A stretch of 63,555 bases of DNA, filler included. It is 6 parts of 6 records of this genome, joined end to end, with 100 filler letters (N's around TTAATTAATTAA, not from the genome) between each part and the next. Parts side by side here need not be neighbours in the genome. Positions count along the whole stretch, not along the records: positions 34,010 to 42,305 come from SRR31156797_27397; positions 42,406 to 58,207 come from SRR31156797_27414; 4 more parts are not named here. One strand, given 5' to 3'. This document shows, piece after piece, positions 39,989 through 50,106 of the stretch (positions are counted from its first letter, which is position 1; each line of letters starts with the position of its first letter). The notes beneath the pieces were generated by a model. It saw nothing but the letters and a program-made list of their open reading frames with translations, was not told where the DNA came from and ran no database searches. The position numbers and the translations under genes are program-made.

Positions 39989-41260
39989 GTGTCCTCGCAA
40001 GACTCCAATTCCGTGACCGCCAGCGCCGAGCCCACCGGGCCGGAATGGCTGGGCGGGTTTCGGGAAGACTATAAGGCCCTTCTGGTCGACCGCTGGTCGC
40101 CCTATGTCGGCGCCATCATCCTGGTCGCCGTCACCCTGGGGCTGATAATGCACGGCCTTTTCTGGGGTGTCTTCGGCGGCCTCAGGCTGTGGGGCGACTG
40201 GGTCAACAACCTGATCGGCCTGGGCGGCGTTCTGGGCATCAGCGATCATCTGGCCAGCCCGCTCGACCATCGCATCTCGCTGATGAACATCACCCTGCTG
40301 TTGGGGGCGGCGGCGGCGGCCATGATGTCCGGCGACTTCCGCATCTCGCGGGCCCGCAACCTGGACTACGCCTGGGGCGCCATGGGCGGCACCTTCATGG
40401 GCGTCGGGGCCAGTCTTTCCGGCGGCTGCACCATCGGCGGATTTTTCACGCCGGTCCTGTTTTCGGCGGCGTCGGCCTGGGTTAACCTGGTCGGGCTGAT
40501 GATCGGCGCCATTATTGGCCTGAAGGTTCTGTTCTGGACCATGGGCACCATCAAGTGGGGAACGAAACCGCCGAAAACCGGCGGCAGCGCCTGGGCCAAA
40601 ACCCACGGCGGCTTTGCCGGAACCGGCCTGGCCATTCTCGTCGGCCTGTGGATCGCGTCCTGGTACCTGTCGGACGATGACAAACTGGTCAGCCGCGCGA
40701 TCATCCTGTTGGCCGGCTTTTCGCTCGGTTTCGTTCTGCATCGTTCGCGCTTCTGCATCGCGCGTGCCATCCGCGAACCCTTCATGACCGGCGACGGCAC
40801 CATGACCAAGGCCCTTCTGCTCAGCCTGGTTTTGGCCATTCCGCTGGCTTCGTTCCTGATTCAGCAGGATGCGGTCGATCCGCTGATTGCCATCCCGTCG
40901 CGCTTCTGGATCGGTGCCGCCATCGGTGGCGTTCTGTTCGGCTTCGGCATGATCTTCGCCAGCGGCTGCGGGTCGGGATCCCTGTGGCGCGCCGCCGAAG
41001 GCCAGGTCAAGCTGTGGATCACGGTTTTCTTCTTCGGCTGGTCCGGATCGGTCTTCAACGCCTTGGTCCGTCCGTTTGACCTGCTGACCGTCGAAATGAA
41101 CCTGGATTTGGTCGAGGAAACGGCGGTCGGATACCAGGCCTACCTGCCCGATATGCTCGGCGGTTGGGGCGCCACCTACGCGCTGGTGTTCGGTTTGATG
41201 GCGGTCTGGTACGCCTTCGTCCGTTACAACGAGACGACCGAACGCTTCACGGCGATCTAA
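39989..41260 (+). CDS. YeeE/YedE family sulfur-compound transporter
   Basis: WSPYVG, LSGGCTIG, RSRFCI, GGVLFGFGMIFASGCGSGSLW (three conserved Cys). Confidence 0.9.
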   Translation: MSSQDSNSVTASAEPTGPEWLGGFREDYKALLVDRWSPYVGAIILVAVTLGLIMHGLFWGVFGGLRLWGDWVNNLIGLGGVLGISDHLASPLDHRISLMNITLLLGAAAAAMMSGDFRISRARNLDYAWGAMGGTFMGVGASLSGGCTIGGFFTPVLFSAASAWVNLVGLMIGAIIGLKVLFWTMGTIKWGTKPPKTGGSAWAKTHGGFAGTGLAILVGLWIASWYLSDDDKLVSRAIILLAGFSLGFVLHRSRFCIARAIREPFMTGDGTMTKALLLSLVLAIPLASFLIQQDAVDPLIAIPSRFWIGAAIGGVLFGFGMIFASGCGSGSLWRAAEGQVKLWITVFFFGWSGSVFNALVRPFDLLTVEMNLDLVEETAVGYQAYLPDMLGGWGATYALVFGLMAVWYAFVRYNETTERFTAI

Positions 41261-41421
41261 CCCATTTCCGGCGTCGTTCGCCGGAAGCAGATCACACGCG
41301 GGGTTCCGGATTGCCGGGGCCCCGCTTTTCTTTTCCGCAATACGGCCCTTTGATGCGTTTTGAATCGGCCGGCGATTTGCTAAAACACCCGTCGACAAAA
41401 CCAACCGCTTCGGAGGGGTGA

Positions 41422-42305
41422 ATGCCCGTTCGCGACAATAGCCCGCTTTTTGATCTTTACCGCGACATGCAGCGCATCCGGGCGATGGAGGAACGCATCG
41501 GCGAATTGTTCCTGCGCGGCGTCACCGCCGGGTCGATGCTGCACCTGTCGATCGGCGAGGAATCGGTGGCCGGGATCTGTAAGGCCCTGCGCAAGGGCGA
41601 CGCCTCGACGACGCACCATCGCGGCCACGGCATCTTCCTGGCCCGTGGTGCCGAACCGGGGCCGTTGCTGGCCGAAATCTGCGGTCGGGCGTCCGGATAC
41701 TGCCGGGGCCGCGGCGGCTCCATGCACGTCGCCGGGATGGACCTCGGGCATATGGGGGCGAACGCCATCGTCGGTGGCGGCATCCCGCAGGCGGTCGGCG
41801 CCGGGCTCAGCTTCAAGACCAAAAAGACCGGCAACGTCGCCATCGCCTTTTTCGGCGATGGCGCCATGCAGCAGGGCGTTTTGTACGAAAGCATGAACCT
41901 GGCCGCCATTTGGAAGCTGCCGGTGATCTTCTGCTGCGTCAACAACCAGTACGGCATGGGCACCCGCATCGACCAGGCAAGCGCAACGACGGCCTTCGAC
42001 GATCGCGCCCGGTCCTTCGGCCTCGATGCCGAAATGCTCGACGGGTCCGACATCGAAAACGTCTTCGTCAGGGCGGAACAACTTATCGAAGCGGCCAGGA
42101 ACGGCCGGCCCGCCTTCATCTCGCTCGAATGCTACCGCTTCCACGGCCACGCCCGAAAGGACAAGAGCCCGTATCGCTCCGACGAGGAGGAGGTCCAGGG
42201 CCGCGCGAAGGATCCCATCATGCACGCCCGCCGCCGCCTGCTTGCCGAGAGCAGGGTCGACGAAAAAGCGCTCGCGGCAACCGACGACGCCATCGATGCC
42301 GAAAT
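41422..42305 (+). CDS. TPP-dependent dehydrogenase E1 alpha subunit (AcoA/PdhA-like), truncated
   Basis: HLSIGEE, HRGHG, GRGGSMH, FFGDGA...NNQYG, YRFHGH. Confidence 0.93.
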
Positions 42306-42405
42306 NNNNNNNNNNNNNNNNNNNNNNNNNNNNNNNNNNNNNNNNNNNNTTAATTAATTAANNNNNNNNNNNNNNNNNNNNNNNNNNNNNNNNNNNNNNN
42401 NNNNN
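42306..42405. other. Artificial contig spacer
   Basis: N-run with TTAATTAATTAA. Confidence 0.99.
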
Positions 42406-42571
42406 TATGAAAGAACTGACTGAGTTTGAAACCGTAAAAAAGAATATGGAGGCCCGGTATCTGTCGGCTGAGGATATCGCCGCCAGGATGGACAGAAGCT
42501 ACCGGCTGGCTTACGACTGAGCTGTGGTACCGCCGCAGTCCTCGGCGCTCCGGCCGGAGTACAGAGGGTTC

Positions 42572-43345
42572 CTACATCCACTTGAAGAAGTTGTAGATGC
42601 ATATACCGATGATCAGGACCATAACCCCCATAAAGAGCTTGTCCACGGCCCTGTGGCTCATCCTCTTGGAAAGGTGAGACCCTATAAGGCCGCCGCCGAT
42701 CCCTCCGGCTATCATCAGTCCCAGTGTGACGGGATCGAAGGGAGGGATACGTCCGCTGAGAGCGGTGAATATCAGGCTTGTGATCTGGGAGAAGAAGATG
42801 ATGAACAGGGAATTGAGGGCTGCGGTTTTGCTGTCCATGGAGAAGAAGTAGTAGAGTATCGCCAGGTTGATGGGACCGCCGCCTATGCCCAGAAAGGATG
42901 CCAGGCTTCCCAGGAGGAATCCTATGAAGAGTGTGAAGAGGAGGCTGTCCTTGTGGCGGGGAGTGATTCTCTCTTTGTAGAGGGTGAAGACCAGGACGAA
43001 GAGGGTGAGAAGGGTCAGTATGGCCGATTGGGTCATCCCCACCACCCCGTCGCTGGCGAAGGCTGTCTTGATGATGTCGAAAACCTGTTTTCCCGCCATG
43101 CCGCCGATGATTCCCCCCCCGGCAAGGAGCCCGGCGGTTCTTTTATTGATGGCGATATCCGTATGTCTGCTGCGTATAAGGGTTACGGTTGTCATGGAAA
43201 GGACCGTACAGCCCGAAAGGAAGCTGATGGTTGCCACGCCGAAGGGTGAGAGGCTGTCCAGTACCGGTTTGATAATGACTCCTCCTCCGATCCCGCTGAT
43301 GGCTCCCACGATGGAGGCGAAGAGGCTGATAAACAGGTACTGCAT
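42572..43345 (-). CDS. TauE/SafE family membrane protein
   Basis: Two GIGGG repeats (ISGIGGGVIIKP, FLGIGGGPIN), about 8 TM segments. Confidence 0.9.
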   Translation of the reverse strand: MQYLFISLFASIVGAISGIGGGVIIKPVLDSLSPFGVATISFLSGCTVLSMTTVTLIRSRHTDIAINKRTAGLLAGGGIIGGMAGKQVFDIIKTAFASDGVVGMTQSAILTLLTLFVLVFTLYKERITPRHKDSLLFTLFIGFLLGSLASFLGIGGGPINLAILYYFFSMDSKTAALNSLFIIFFSQITSLIFTALSGRIPPFDPVTLGLMIAGGIGGGLIGSHLSKRMSHRAVDKLFMGVMVLIIGICIYNFFKWM

Positions 43346-43437
43346 GTGAATGTTCTCCCGTAATGTGAATAGGCCTGTTCCGGAAGAGGCCCGGTATTGG
43401 ATGGTATGGACTTACAGGATAGCGAATTATGGCTGAC

Positions 43438-44313
43438 TCAGTCAACGCCGCCGGTTTCGGGTGAAAGGATGATGAGGATGCGCCCCTGTTGCAGTAACTC
43501 TCTGTTATGGGGAGACGAGATGATCATCCGGACGGCATCATCGGAAAGCACAAGGTCGGTGTGGCTGGTACCGCTGATCCGGCGCGCCATGGTTCTCAGG
43601 GGATAGCTGCCGATCCTCTCGGATGATGCGCTCAGGTCGAAGCCCCTGATATAGCCTGCGTTGCCCCACTGCCTGAGGGCCTCGGGGTCGGTCGTTTCGG
43701 CACTGTGGATCAGCTGCATGGAGCTGTCGTACAGTCTGGGGAACAGGCAGGGGCTCAGCTTCGCCTTTCCTGTACTGCCACCCTGAACGGGGAGGGACTC
43801 TCCCGCGTAGATGACGATGCCGCTGAACTCCTCGGTGGGCGTATAAAGGGGATTCTCTTTGATGGGGTAGGGGCTTTTGTGGTGAATCACCAGATCCGCC
43901 AGATCGGGAAAAAGATCCAGGGTATAGCGGACGGTCAGGTATTTTCTGTCCCCCGTAGCGGTGGTAAACACCTTCTTCATCTTTTCCGAAAGGGCTTCCA
44001 GTTTTCTGAGGAGGATGGGATCCCTGCGTATCAAGTCGGCAAGGGTGTGGGATGAATCTACCTGAAGCTCGCGCAGTACCTCTCCCGTGATAACGGGAGT
44101 GCGGCGGATGATGTGCTGTTCCGTTTTGTAACGGCCCGTGGGCTGATTGGGCTCCTCCTCGATCTGAGCGGTGATATCCAGTTGGAGGGTGCCTGTACGC
44201 CAGTCGACGGAACTGTCCGCCTGCATCCCGGTCTGTGCCTGCAAAGCTGTCAGCGGCAGGATGAGAAAGGCCAGCAGGGCGATCATGATGGGTCTGTTGG
44301 ATTCAGTCTGCAT
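43438..44313 (-). CDS. Exported hypothetical protein
   Basis: 291 aa with a signal peptide; overlaps the lytic transglycosylase stop. Confidence 0.75.
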   Translation of the reverse strand: MQTESNRPIMIALLAFLILPLTALQAQTGMQADSSVDWRTGTLQLDITAQIEEEPNQPTGRYKTEQHIIRRTPVITGEVLRELQVDSSHTLADLIRRDPILLRKLEALSEKMKKVFTTATGDRKYLTVRYTLDLFPDLADLVIHHKSPYPIKENPLYTPTEEFSGIVIYAGESLPVQGGSTGKAKLSPCLFPRLYDSSMQLIHSAETTDPEALRQWGNAGYIRGFDLSASSERIGSYPLRTMARRISGTSHTDLVLSDDAVRMIISSPHNRELLQQGRILIILSPETGGVD

Positions 44314-45670
44314 ATCCGTCTCCTGTGATCCCCGCCGGGGGAACCCTGAGGACCATTCCCGGTTTGATGATTCCGTTCAGGGGAAGCCTGTTACCGGAGG
44401 CCAGTTCCTCGGGGCTGGTATTAAAGCGCTTTGAAATGCTCCAGAGGGAGTCTCCGCCGGACACGGTGTAGTTTTGCGTCCACTGAGAGGTATCCGTCTC
44501 AGTAAGGGTTCCTTCCCTGTCAGGAATGCCTGAGTGGATCAGGGGGATCAGGAGGACCTGGCCTATCCTGAGATAACGGCTGGAGACGCCGGGATTGTAC
44601 TCGTAGATCATGCCCATGGGGATCCGGTACCACTGCGCCAGTTCGGAGAGGGTGTCTCCCGAGCGGATGCGGTAGCGTTTGAACTCGATCAGATCCGTCT
44701 CTTCCGCCAGAATCTTCTCCATCTCCTCTCTGTAGGCCGCGGGTATCTTGAGACTGTATCCGCTGGAGGCGGGGGGAGTCACCATATAGTTGAGTTCATG
44801 GTGGGCACTGAAAAGAAGGTCGGTGTCCATTTCAGTCCGTCCTGCTATCTTTCTCAGATCCACGCTGGATTTCAGGTCCAGCCTCACCCAGCTGTCGGGG
44901 CCGCCCCAGTGCAGGGGAAGATCGTAGGCTCCGCGGCTGTTGCACATAAGGGTGACCGCCGCAAGTTTGGGAATGTAGTTTCGCGTCTCCCGGGGGAGGA
45001 GGCCCCTCTCGCAGAGTTCCCAGTAGTCCGAAATGCCGTACTTCGCCACCGTCCGGGTGACCCTTCCCAGGCCGCAGTTGTAGGCGGCCAGCGCCAGAAG
45101 CCAGTCTCCCGTTTTCCTGTAGTTATACTCCAGTTTATCCAGGGCCGCCTCTGTGGAGCGCCAGAAATCCCGCCGGTCGTCCCGCCAGGCGTCGACGGTT
45201 ATATCATAGGGATCTATGCTGTTCATCATGAACTGCCACATTCCCGTGGCTCCTGACCGGGAAACCGCATCCACCCTGTAGGCTGACTCGATGACCGGAA
45301 GGTAGAGGAGTTCGGCGGGCAAACCCTTCTCCCTGATCCTTTCGGAGATAAAAGACGCATAGGGTTCCGCCCTGACAAGGCAGCGTTTAATAAAGGCCAG
45401 TCCCTTTTCGGAGCTGAAATAATCCAGATAGTAGTCGATCCGTTCGCTGGAAGGGAGGTTTGTCGTCCAAAGCTTGGTTGATATATGCCCGCGCCTTTCC
45501 GGAACGGCCGGATCAACCGGCTGGAGACCGGCGGCCTCCTGGGGGATCAGGTGATCGTTTCTGACCCTTTTCTCCTCCTCATCCCCCCCGACGCTGCCGG
45601 CGAAAAGAGGTGCGCACAGCAGGATCAGAGCCGCCGCTAGAGTTTGTTTCCGAAATATATGCCTGCCCAT
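44303..45670 (-). CDS. Lytic transglycosylase SLT with two LysM domains (MltD-like)
   Basis: LPVIESAY, SRSGATGMWQFM, ALAAYNCG, ETRNYIPK; LysM motifs IRSGDTL and VSGGDSLWSI. Confidence 0.93.
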   Translation of the reverse strand: MGRHIFRKQTLAAALILLCAPLFAGSVGGDEEEKRVRNDHLIPQEAAGLQPVDPAVPERRGHISTKLWTTNLPSSERIDYYLDYFSSEKGLAFIKRCLVRAEPYASFISERIREKGLPAELLYLPVIESAYRVDAVSRSGATGMWQFMMNSIDPYDITVDAWRDDRRDFWRSTEAALDKLEYNYRKTGDWLLALAAYNCGLGRVTRTVAKYGISDYWELCERGLLPRETRNYIPKLAAVTLMCNSRGAYDLPLHWGGPDSWVRLDLKSSVDLRKIAGRTEMDTDLLFSAHHELNYMVTPPASSGYSLKIPAAYREEMEKILAEETDLIEFKRYRIRSGDTLSELAQWYRIPMGMIYEYNPGVSSRYLRIGQVLLIPLIHSGIPDREGTLTETDTSQWTQNYTVSGGDSLWSISKRFNTSPEELASGNRLPLNGIIKPGMVLRVPPAGITGDGYAD

Positions 45671-46674
45671 TCCCATCTGTTGTTTATCTCCGGATCTATG
45701 GGATACCGGATTCTGTTGAAGTACAGATACCAGATCCTTATTCTGTATGACCAGCCGCCGGTCCTGAGGAAGGCTTCCCTTTCATTGGACTCGGGTTCCA
45801 GGTCCCTGTTGTACCAGACCCGGGACTTCAGGAAGTTGGCCAGTTCCATGGGGATCTCCGTGAAGGGGTCGTAACGGTCCTGACCCCAGCTCATCATAAA
45901 GAAATCCTCACCCATATATCTGTTTAATCGGCTTCCGTTACGCGTTCTGATAGCATATTTTATGGAATTCACCAGGCTCAGGAGATCCGTTCTGGTCCAT
46001 CTCTTGTCTGAGTAGTGGAAATTCAGATAATGGTTCACCTCGTTGTATACATTCGGCTCTCCGGGAATCGTGGTGCGGGGAGCTTCCAGAAACTTTTCAT
46101 AGTTCTCTATGGACCTGTCCCAGAGGCCCTCGGCCTCATAGGATCTGGCAAGGTCGTAATAGACCTGGCCCCTGTCGATTTCACCGGAGAAACGGCCTAT
46201 CAGCTCGTTGTCGTAGTTGATCTTCTTCAGAGGATCGTCTTCCGAATAGGCCAGAAGCTTCTGAAGGCTGTAGAAGTGGATGGACTGTCCCCGGATCATC
46301 AGATCCTCGTAATTCTTCAGGAGCCTGTTGTAGTAGATGACCGCGATATCAAGAGAACCCTCTTCCTCATAGAGGGTGCCCAGCAGGAGAAGGTAGTAGC
46401 CGTTGTAGCTGTCCGCCGGATGTTCGTACAGCTGATCGTTCAGAAAATCCTTGAGTACCTCTCCATGCTCGCCCTGACGCAGGACGGAGATGATCTGCTC
46501 CATGATGCCGTAGCGGTTGGTATCGTCCGTTTCATCCTCAAGCAGGACGAAGAGGGTCGTCAGCTTGTCGTCGGTCTCGCTTACCCCGGTCTGATAAGGG
46601 GACGCTTCCTGTGTGCAGGATATGAAAAAGGTCAGTAGTAGGGCTGTCAGCAGCAGTTTGAAAGGATATCTCAT
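45637..46674 (-). CDS. TPR-containing lipoprotein
   Basis: Lipobox FFISC and TPR-like helices; first gene of a three-gene operon. Confidence 0.8.
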   Translation of the reverse strand: MRYPFKLLLTALLLTFFISCTQEASPYQTGVSETDDKLTTLFVLLEDETDDTNRYGIMEQIISVLRQGEHGEVLKDFLNDQLYEHPADSYNGYYLLLLGTLYEEEGSLDIAVIYYNRLLKNYEDLMIRGQSIHFYSLQKLLAYSEDDPLKKINYDNELIGRFSGEIDRGQVYYDLARSYEAEGLWDRSIENYEKFLEAPRTTIPGEPNVYNEVNHYLNFHYSDKRWTRTDLLSLVNSIKYAIRTRNGSRLNRYMGEDFFMMSWGQDRYDPFTEIPMELANFLKSRVWYNRDLEPESNEREAFLRTGGWSYRIRIWYLYFNRIRYPIDPEINNRWEWAGIYFGNKL

Positions 46675-46715
46675 TTGAGCTCTGAGTTTATCACAGCCCC
46701 TTGAGACATGACAAG

Positions 46716-47555
46716 TTATCCCCTGTTCAGACGGCGGAACTGGCTGGGGGTCAGGCCTGTGTTTTTTTTGAAGAGATTGCTGAAATAAGCCTCGTTTTCA
46801 TAGCCCGCCTCCCGGGCGATTTTTCTGATCTGCCAGTCGGGATGCTGCATCAGAAAGGCCTTGCTCCGGTTGATACGGTAGCTGTTCAGGTACTCGAAGG
46901 GCCTGACGTGGACCGCCTTCCTGAAGAGGGTGCAGAGATGCTGGGGGGTGATGCCCAGAACCCCCGCCATATCCGAGATGGAGATATCTTCTTTGTAGTG
47001 ATTCTCAATATACTTGAAGACGTCGCCAAGCTTGTTGTGCCGGAGGGCCATGGAGTCGTCCTCCCGGCTGGTGTAGCGGTAGAGATCGGTCAGGAAGGCG
47101 TAGACCAGGTGGGAGCTCTCCAGGAAGGAAAGGCTGTGCCCCGAACCCAGGAGATGGAGTCCCTTTTCCACCTGGGCGTCCAGATCTTCACGGTGGCTGA
47201 TGGAGTAGATGTCGGTGCCCGTTATCCTGAAGGTGTCCAGCAGGTTCTTGATATGAAAGCCGCCGAAGGTGAACCAGCATACGATCCAGGGCTCCTCTAC
47301 GGCCCTGTAGGCATGGGGATCCCCGGGGAAAATCATCATGCCCTCTCCCGCCTCAATACGGCGTTCCCCCCTGTCTCCCAGGGTCGCCAGGCCGCGTCCC
47401 TCCATCACATGGATCCACTGATAGTAGGGATAGCCGAAGGGGCGGTATATCTCTTCCTGCTCATAGCTGTAGCCCACGCCCACCAGGTAGAAGGGGAGCT
47501 GCTTTTCCAGCTCCGTCAGGACGGAGAAGGCGTAATTCTGTTTTTTCTGTTTCAT
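46716..47555 (-). CDS. AraC-family transcriptional regulator
   Basis: Cupin N-terminus; HTH motifs GITPQHLCTLF and AGYENEAYFSNLFKK. Confidence 0.94.
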   Translation of the reverse strand: MKQKKQNYAFSVLTELEKQLPFYLVGVGYSYEQEEIYRPFGYPYYQWIHVMEGRGLATLGDRGERRIEAGEGMMIFPGDPHAYRAVEEPWIVCWFTFGGFHIKNLLDTFRITGTDIYSISHREDLDAQVEKGLHLLGSGHSLSFLESSHLVYAFLTDLYRYTSREDDSMALRHNKLGDVFKYIENHYKEDISISDMAGVLGITPQHLCTLFRKAVHVRPFEYLNSYRINRSKAFLMQHPDWQIRKIAREAGYENEAYFSNLFKKNTGLTPSQFRRLNRG

Positions 47556-47831
47556 ATATTTATGTTAACCTTCAAATATAAAATGCAAATTGCATTGATT
47601 CCGATCGATAAGAAAAACTTTTTCTCAAATATAAGGGTTATCCATTACTGACAGATCCTCCTGTAAGGCTTGAGGGACGGTAGGGGAGAGAGAGACAACG
47701 GCCGAGTCTCTGAAAGGGCAGTGATCTTCATATATTTATAATACCATGAAAATAATGCGGTTGACCACTCTGGAGAGGCAGTGTGATAATTTTTTTTATA
47801 CAAAGAAGATAGCTTATAAAAAGGAGCGATT

Positions 47832-49124
47832 ATGAAAAAATCTTTTCTGACAAGAACTTTGTTGCTTATAACTGCGGCGGCGCTGTTGCTGGCCTCTTGC
47901 GGCAAGAAGGAAGAGCCCCAGGCCGCCGCTGCGGAGCCTCAGGCCAAGAAGGTCATCCTGTATAACTCAATGCACGGCGACCCCCTTCCCAGGGAGGCGG
48001 ATGAAGACGTGGTTAAAATGTTTTCAGACGACAATCCGGGCTATCAGGTGGTGCATTCCATCGTGGCCCACGAAGACTTCAAGCAGGCCATCCGCGCCTA
48101 CCTGTCCTCTTCCACCCCCCCCGATCTTCTGACCTGGTTCGCCGGTAACCGCGCCCGTTTCTTCATCGACAAGGGACTGATCCTGGATATCAGCGACGTC
48201 TGGGAAGAGCAGGGCTGGAACGAGAGCTTCTCCAAGGGCTGGCAGAACATGAGCTCCGTCGACGGCAAGAAGTACTTTCTCCCCACCTCCTGGTACTGGT
48301 GGGCCGTATATTACAGGCCCTCCGTATTTGAGAAATACGGCCTCAGCGCTCCCACCAGCTGGGATGAGTTCACCCAGGTCTGCGATACCCTTGTGGCCAA
48401 CGGCGTGAAGCCTTTCACCATCGGCACCAAGTACCGCTGGACCGCAGCCGCATGGTTCGACTATCTGAATATGAGAATCAACGGACCCGAATTCCACGTC
48501 AATCTGATGCTCGGTAAAGAGCGTTATGACGACGCCCGGGTCAAGAAGGTCTTCGCCGAGTGGGGCAAGATGATCGACAAGGGATACTTTATCGACGATC
48601 CCGCCGCCTACTCCTGGTCCGAGGCCATCCCCTTTATGCTGGACGAAAGCGCCGCCATGTATCTGATGGGCGACTTTATCCGGGACTCCTATCCCGCCGA
48701 ACAGCACGGCGACCTGGACTTCTTCCGCTTCCCCATCTACGACGCCTCCGTTCCCATCGGTGAGGACGCTCCCACCGACGGTTACTTCATCCCCGCCAAC
48801 ACTGTCAATCCCGAAGGCGCCAAGGAGCTTCTGGCCTACTTCGGCTCCAAAGAGGTGCAGGAGTTCTTCGCCGAGAAGATGGGACGGCTCAACACCAACG
48901 GCGATGTGGATATGAACCTTTTCAATGCGAATCAGCAGAAGGGTATCGAGATGATCAACAACAGCGATTACGTCGCTCAGTTCTACGACAGGGATACCAC
49001 CCCCGAGATGGCCAACAAGGGCATGGACGCCTTTATGGAGATCTGGGAGAAACACAGCCCCGCGGATATCGACAGAATCTGCGCCCGCCTGGAGAAGGAC
49101 CGTCAGGATATCTTCTCCGAATGA
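47832..49124 (+). CDS. Carbohydrate ABC substrate-binding lipoprotein
   Basis: AAGGAG RBS, lipobox LLASC, family-1 SBP motifs. Confidence 0.92.
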   Translation: MKKSFLTRTLLLITAAALLLASCGKKEEPQAAAAEPQAKKVILYNSMHGDPLPREADEDVVKMFSDDNPGYQVVHSIVAHEDFKQAIRAYLSSSTPPDLLTWFAGNRARFFIDKGLILDISDVWEEQGWNESFSKGWQNMSSVDGKKYFLPTSWYWWAVYYRPSVFEKYGLSAPTSWDEFTQVCDTLVANGVKPFTIGTKYRWTAAAWFDYLNMRINGPEFHVNLMLGKERYDDARVKKVFAEWGKMIDKGYFIDDPAAYSWSEAIPFMLDESAAMYLMGDFIRDSYPAEQHGDLDFFRFPIYDASVPIGEDAPTDGYFIPANTVNPEGAKELLAYFGSKEVQEFFAEKMGRLNTNGDVDMNLFNANQQKGIEMINNSDYVAQFYDRDTTPEMANKGMDAFMEIWEKHSPADIDRICARLEKDRQDIFSE

Positions 49125-49211
49125 TCCGCTGCGAATCCCTTAATCTAGAGAATATGTAAGTCATGCGCTCCCGGTTATCCGGCCGGGGGCCTTTTTTTCA
49201 GGAGGTTCTGT

Positions 49212-50096
49212 TTGAAACTGAGCAGAGATATTAAAAAAGAGATGGTCCCCTGGCTCTTTCTGGCTCTTCCCCTTGTGATCTATCTCATCTGGGTCATCGG
49301 CCCCATGTTCTATACCTTCTACCTGAGCCTGACCAAATGGGACGGCCTCTCGGCTCCCGAGTTCCGGGGGCTGAAGAACTACAGGCGTCTCTTCGAGGAT
49401 CCCGTCTTCTTCATCTCGCTGAAGAACAACTTTGTCTGGATCGCCTTTTTCATCACCGTTCCCGTTGTTCTGGGGCTCGGACTGGCCATGGTTCTGAACC
49501 GCAGCGTACCCGGATCCCGCTTCTTCAAGGCCAGCTTCTACTCCCCCATGGTCCTCTCCCTGGTGGTCTGCGGCCTTATCTGGTCCTGGTTCTACAATCC
49601 CTCCCAGGGGCTGATCAATACGGTCCTGAGGGCCGTCGGCCTGGACGCTATGGCCAAGGGCTGGCTCAGCGATCCCGACCTGGTGCTGGGCTCGGTTATC
49701 ACGGTCGCCGTATGGCGTCAGGTGGGCTATGTGATGGTCCTCTATCTGGCGGGGCTTCAGTCGGTGGATCCCTTTCTGGTAGAGGCGTCCAAGATCGACG
49801 GCGCCGGTTCCTGGCAGACATTCCGGCATGTGATCATGCCCCAGCTCCAGCCCATCACGATCGTGGTCGTGGTCATCAGCATCATCGACTCCCTCAGGGC
49901 GTTCGACCTGGTTTCGGTCATGACCCGCGGGGGCCCCTTCAACCGGTCCAGCGTGCTGGCCAACTTCATGTATATCGAGTCGTTCAATAACTACAAGATG
50001 GGCTACGGCGCGTCCGTGGCGGTGGTGCTGTTTCTGATCTCCCTGGCCTTCATACTGATGTACCTGGGACAGATTCATCAGGAAGAGGATCTCTAG
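49212..50096 (+). CDS. Carbohydrate ABC permease
   Basis: GGAGG RBS with TTG start; EASKIDGA; MTRGGP. Confidence 0.93.
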   Translation: MKLSRDIKKEMVPWLFLALPLVIYLIWVIGPMFYTFYLSLTKWDGLSAPEFRGLKNYRRLFEDPVFFISLKNNFVWIAFFITVPVVLGLGLAMVLNRSVPGSRFFKASFYSPMVLSLVVCGLIWSWFYNPSQGLINTVLRAVGLDAMAKGWLSDPDLVLGSVITVAVWRQVGYVMVLYLAGLQSVDPFLVEASKIDGAGSWQTFRHVIMPQLQPITIVVVVISIIDSLRAFDLVSVMTRGGPFNRSSVLANFMYIESFNNYKMGYGASVAVVLFLISLAFILMYLGQIHQEEDL

Positions 50097-50106
50097 GAAA
50101 GGAATT

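Noticed and set aside
39338-41404. 688-aa minus-strand ORF (likewise 35194-36501, 36615-37925, 38034-39233, 48024-49055, 50906-52678, 54279-55679)
   Set aside because: Long antisense frames expected in high-GC coding DNA, each opposite a clearly identifiable gene.
42407-42520. 37-codon plus-strand frame at the contig start
   Set aside because: Probably the tail of a truncated gene; too short to identify.
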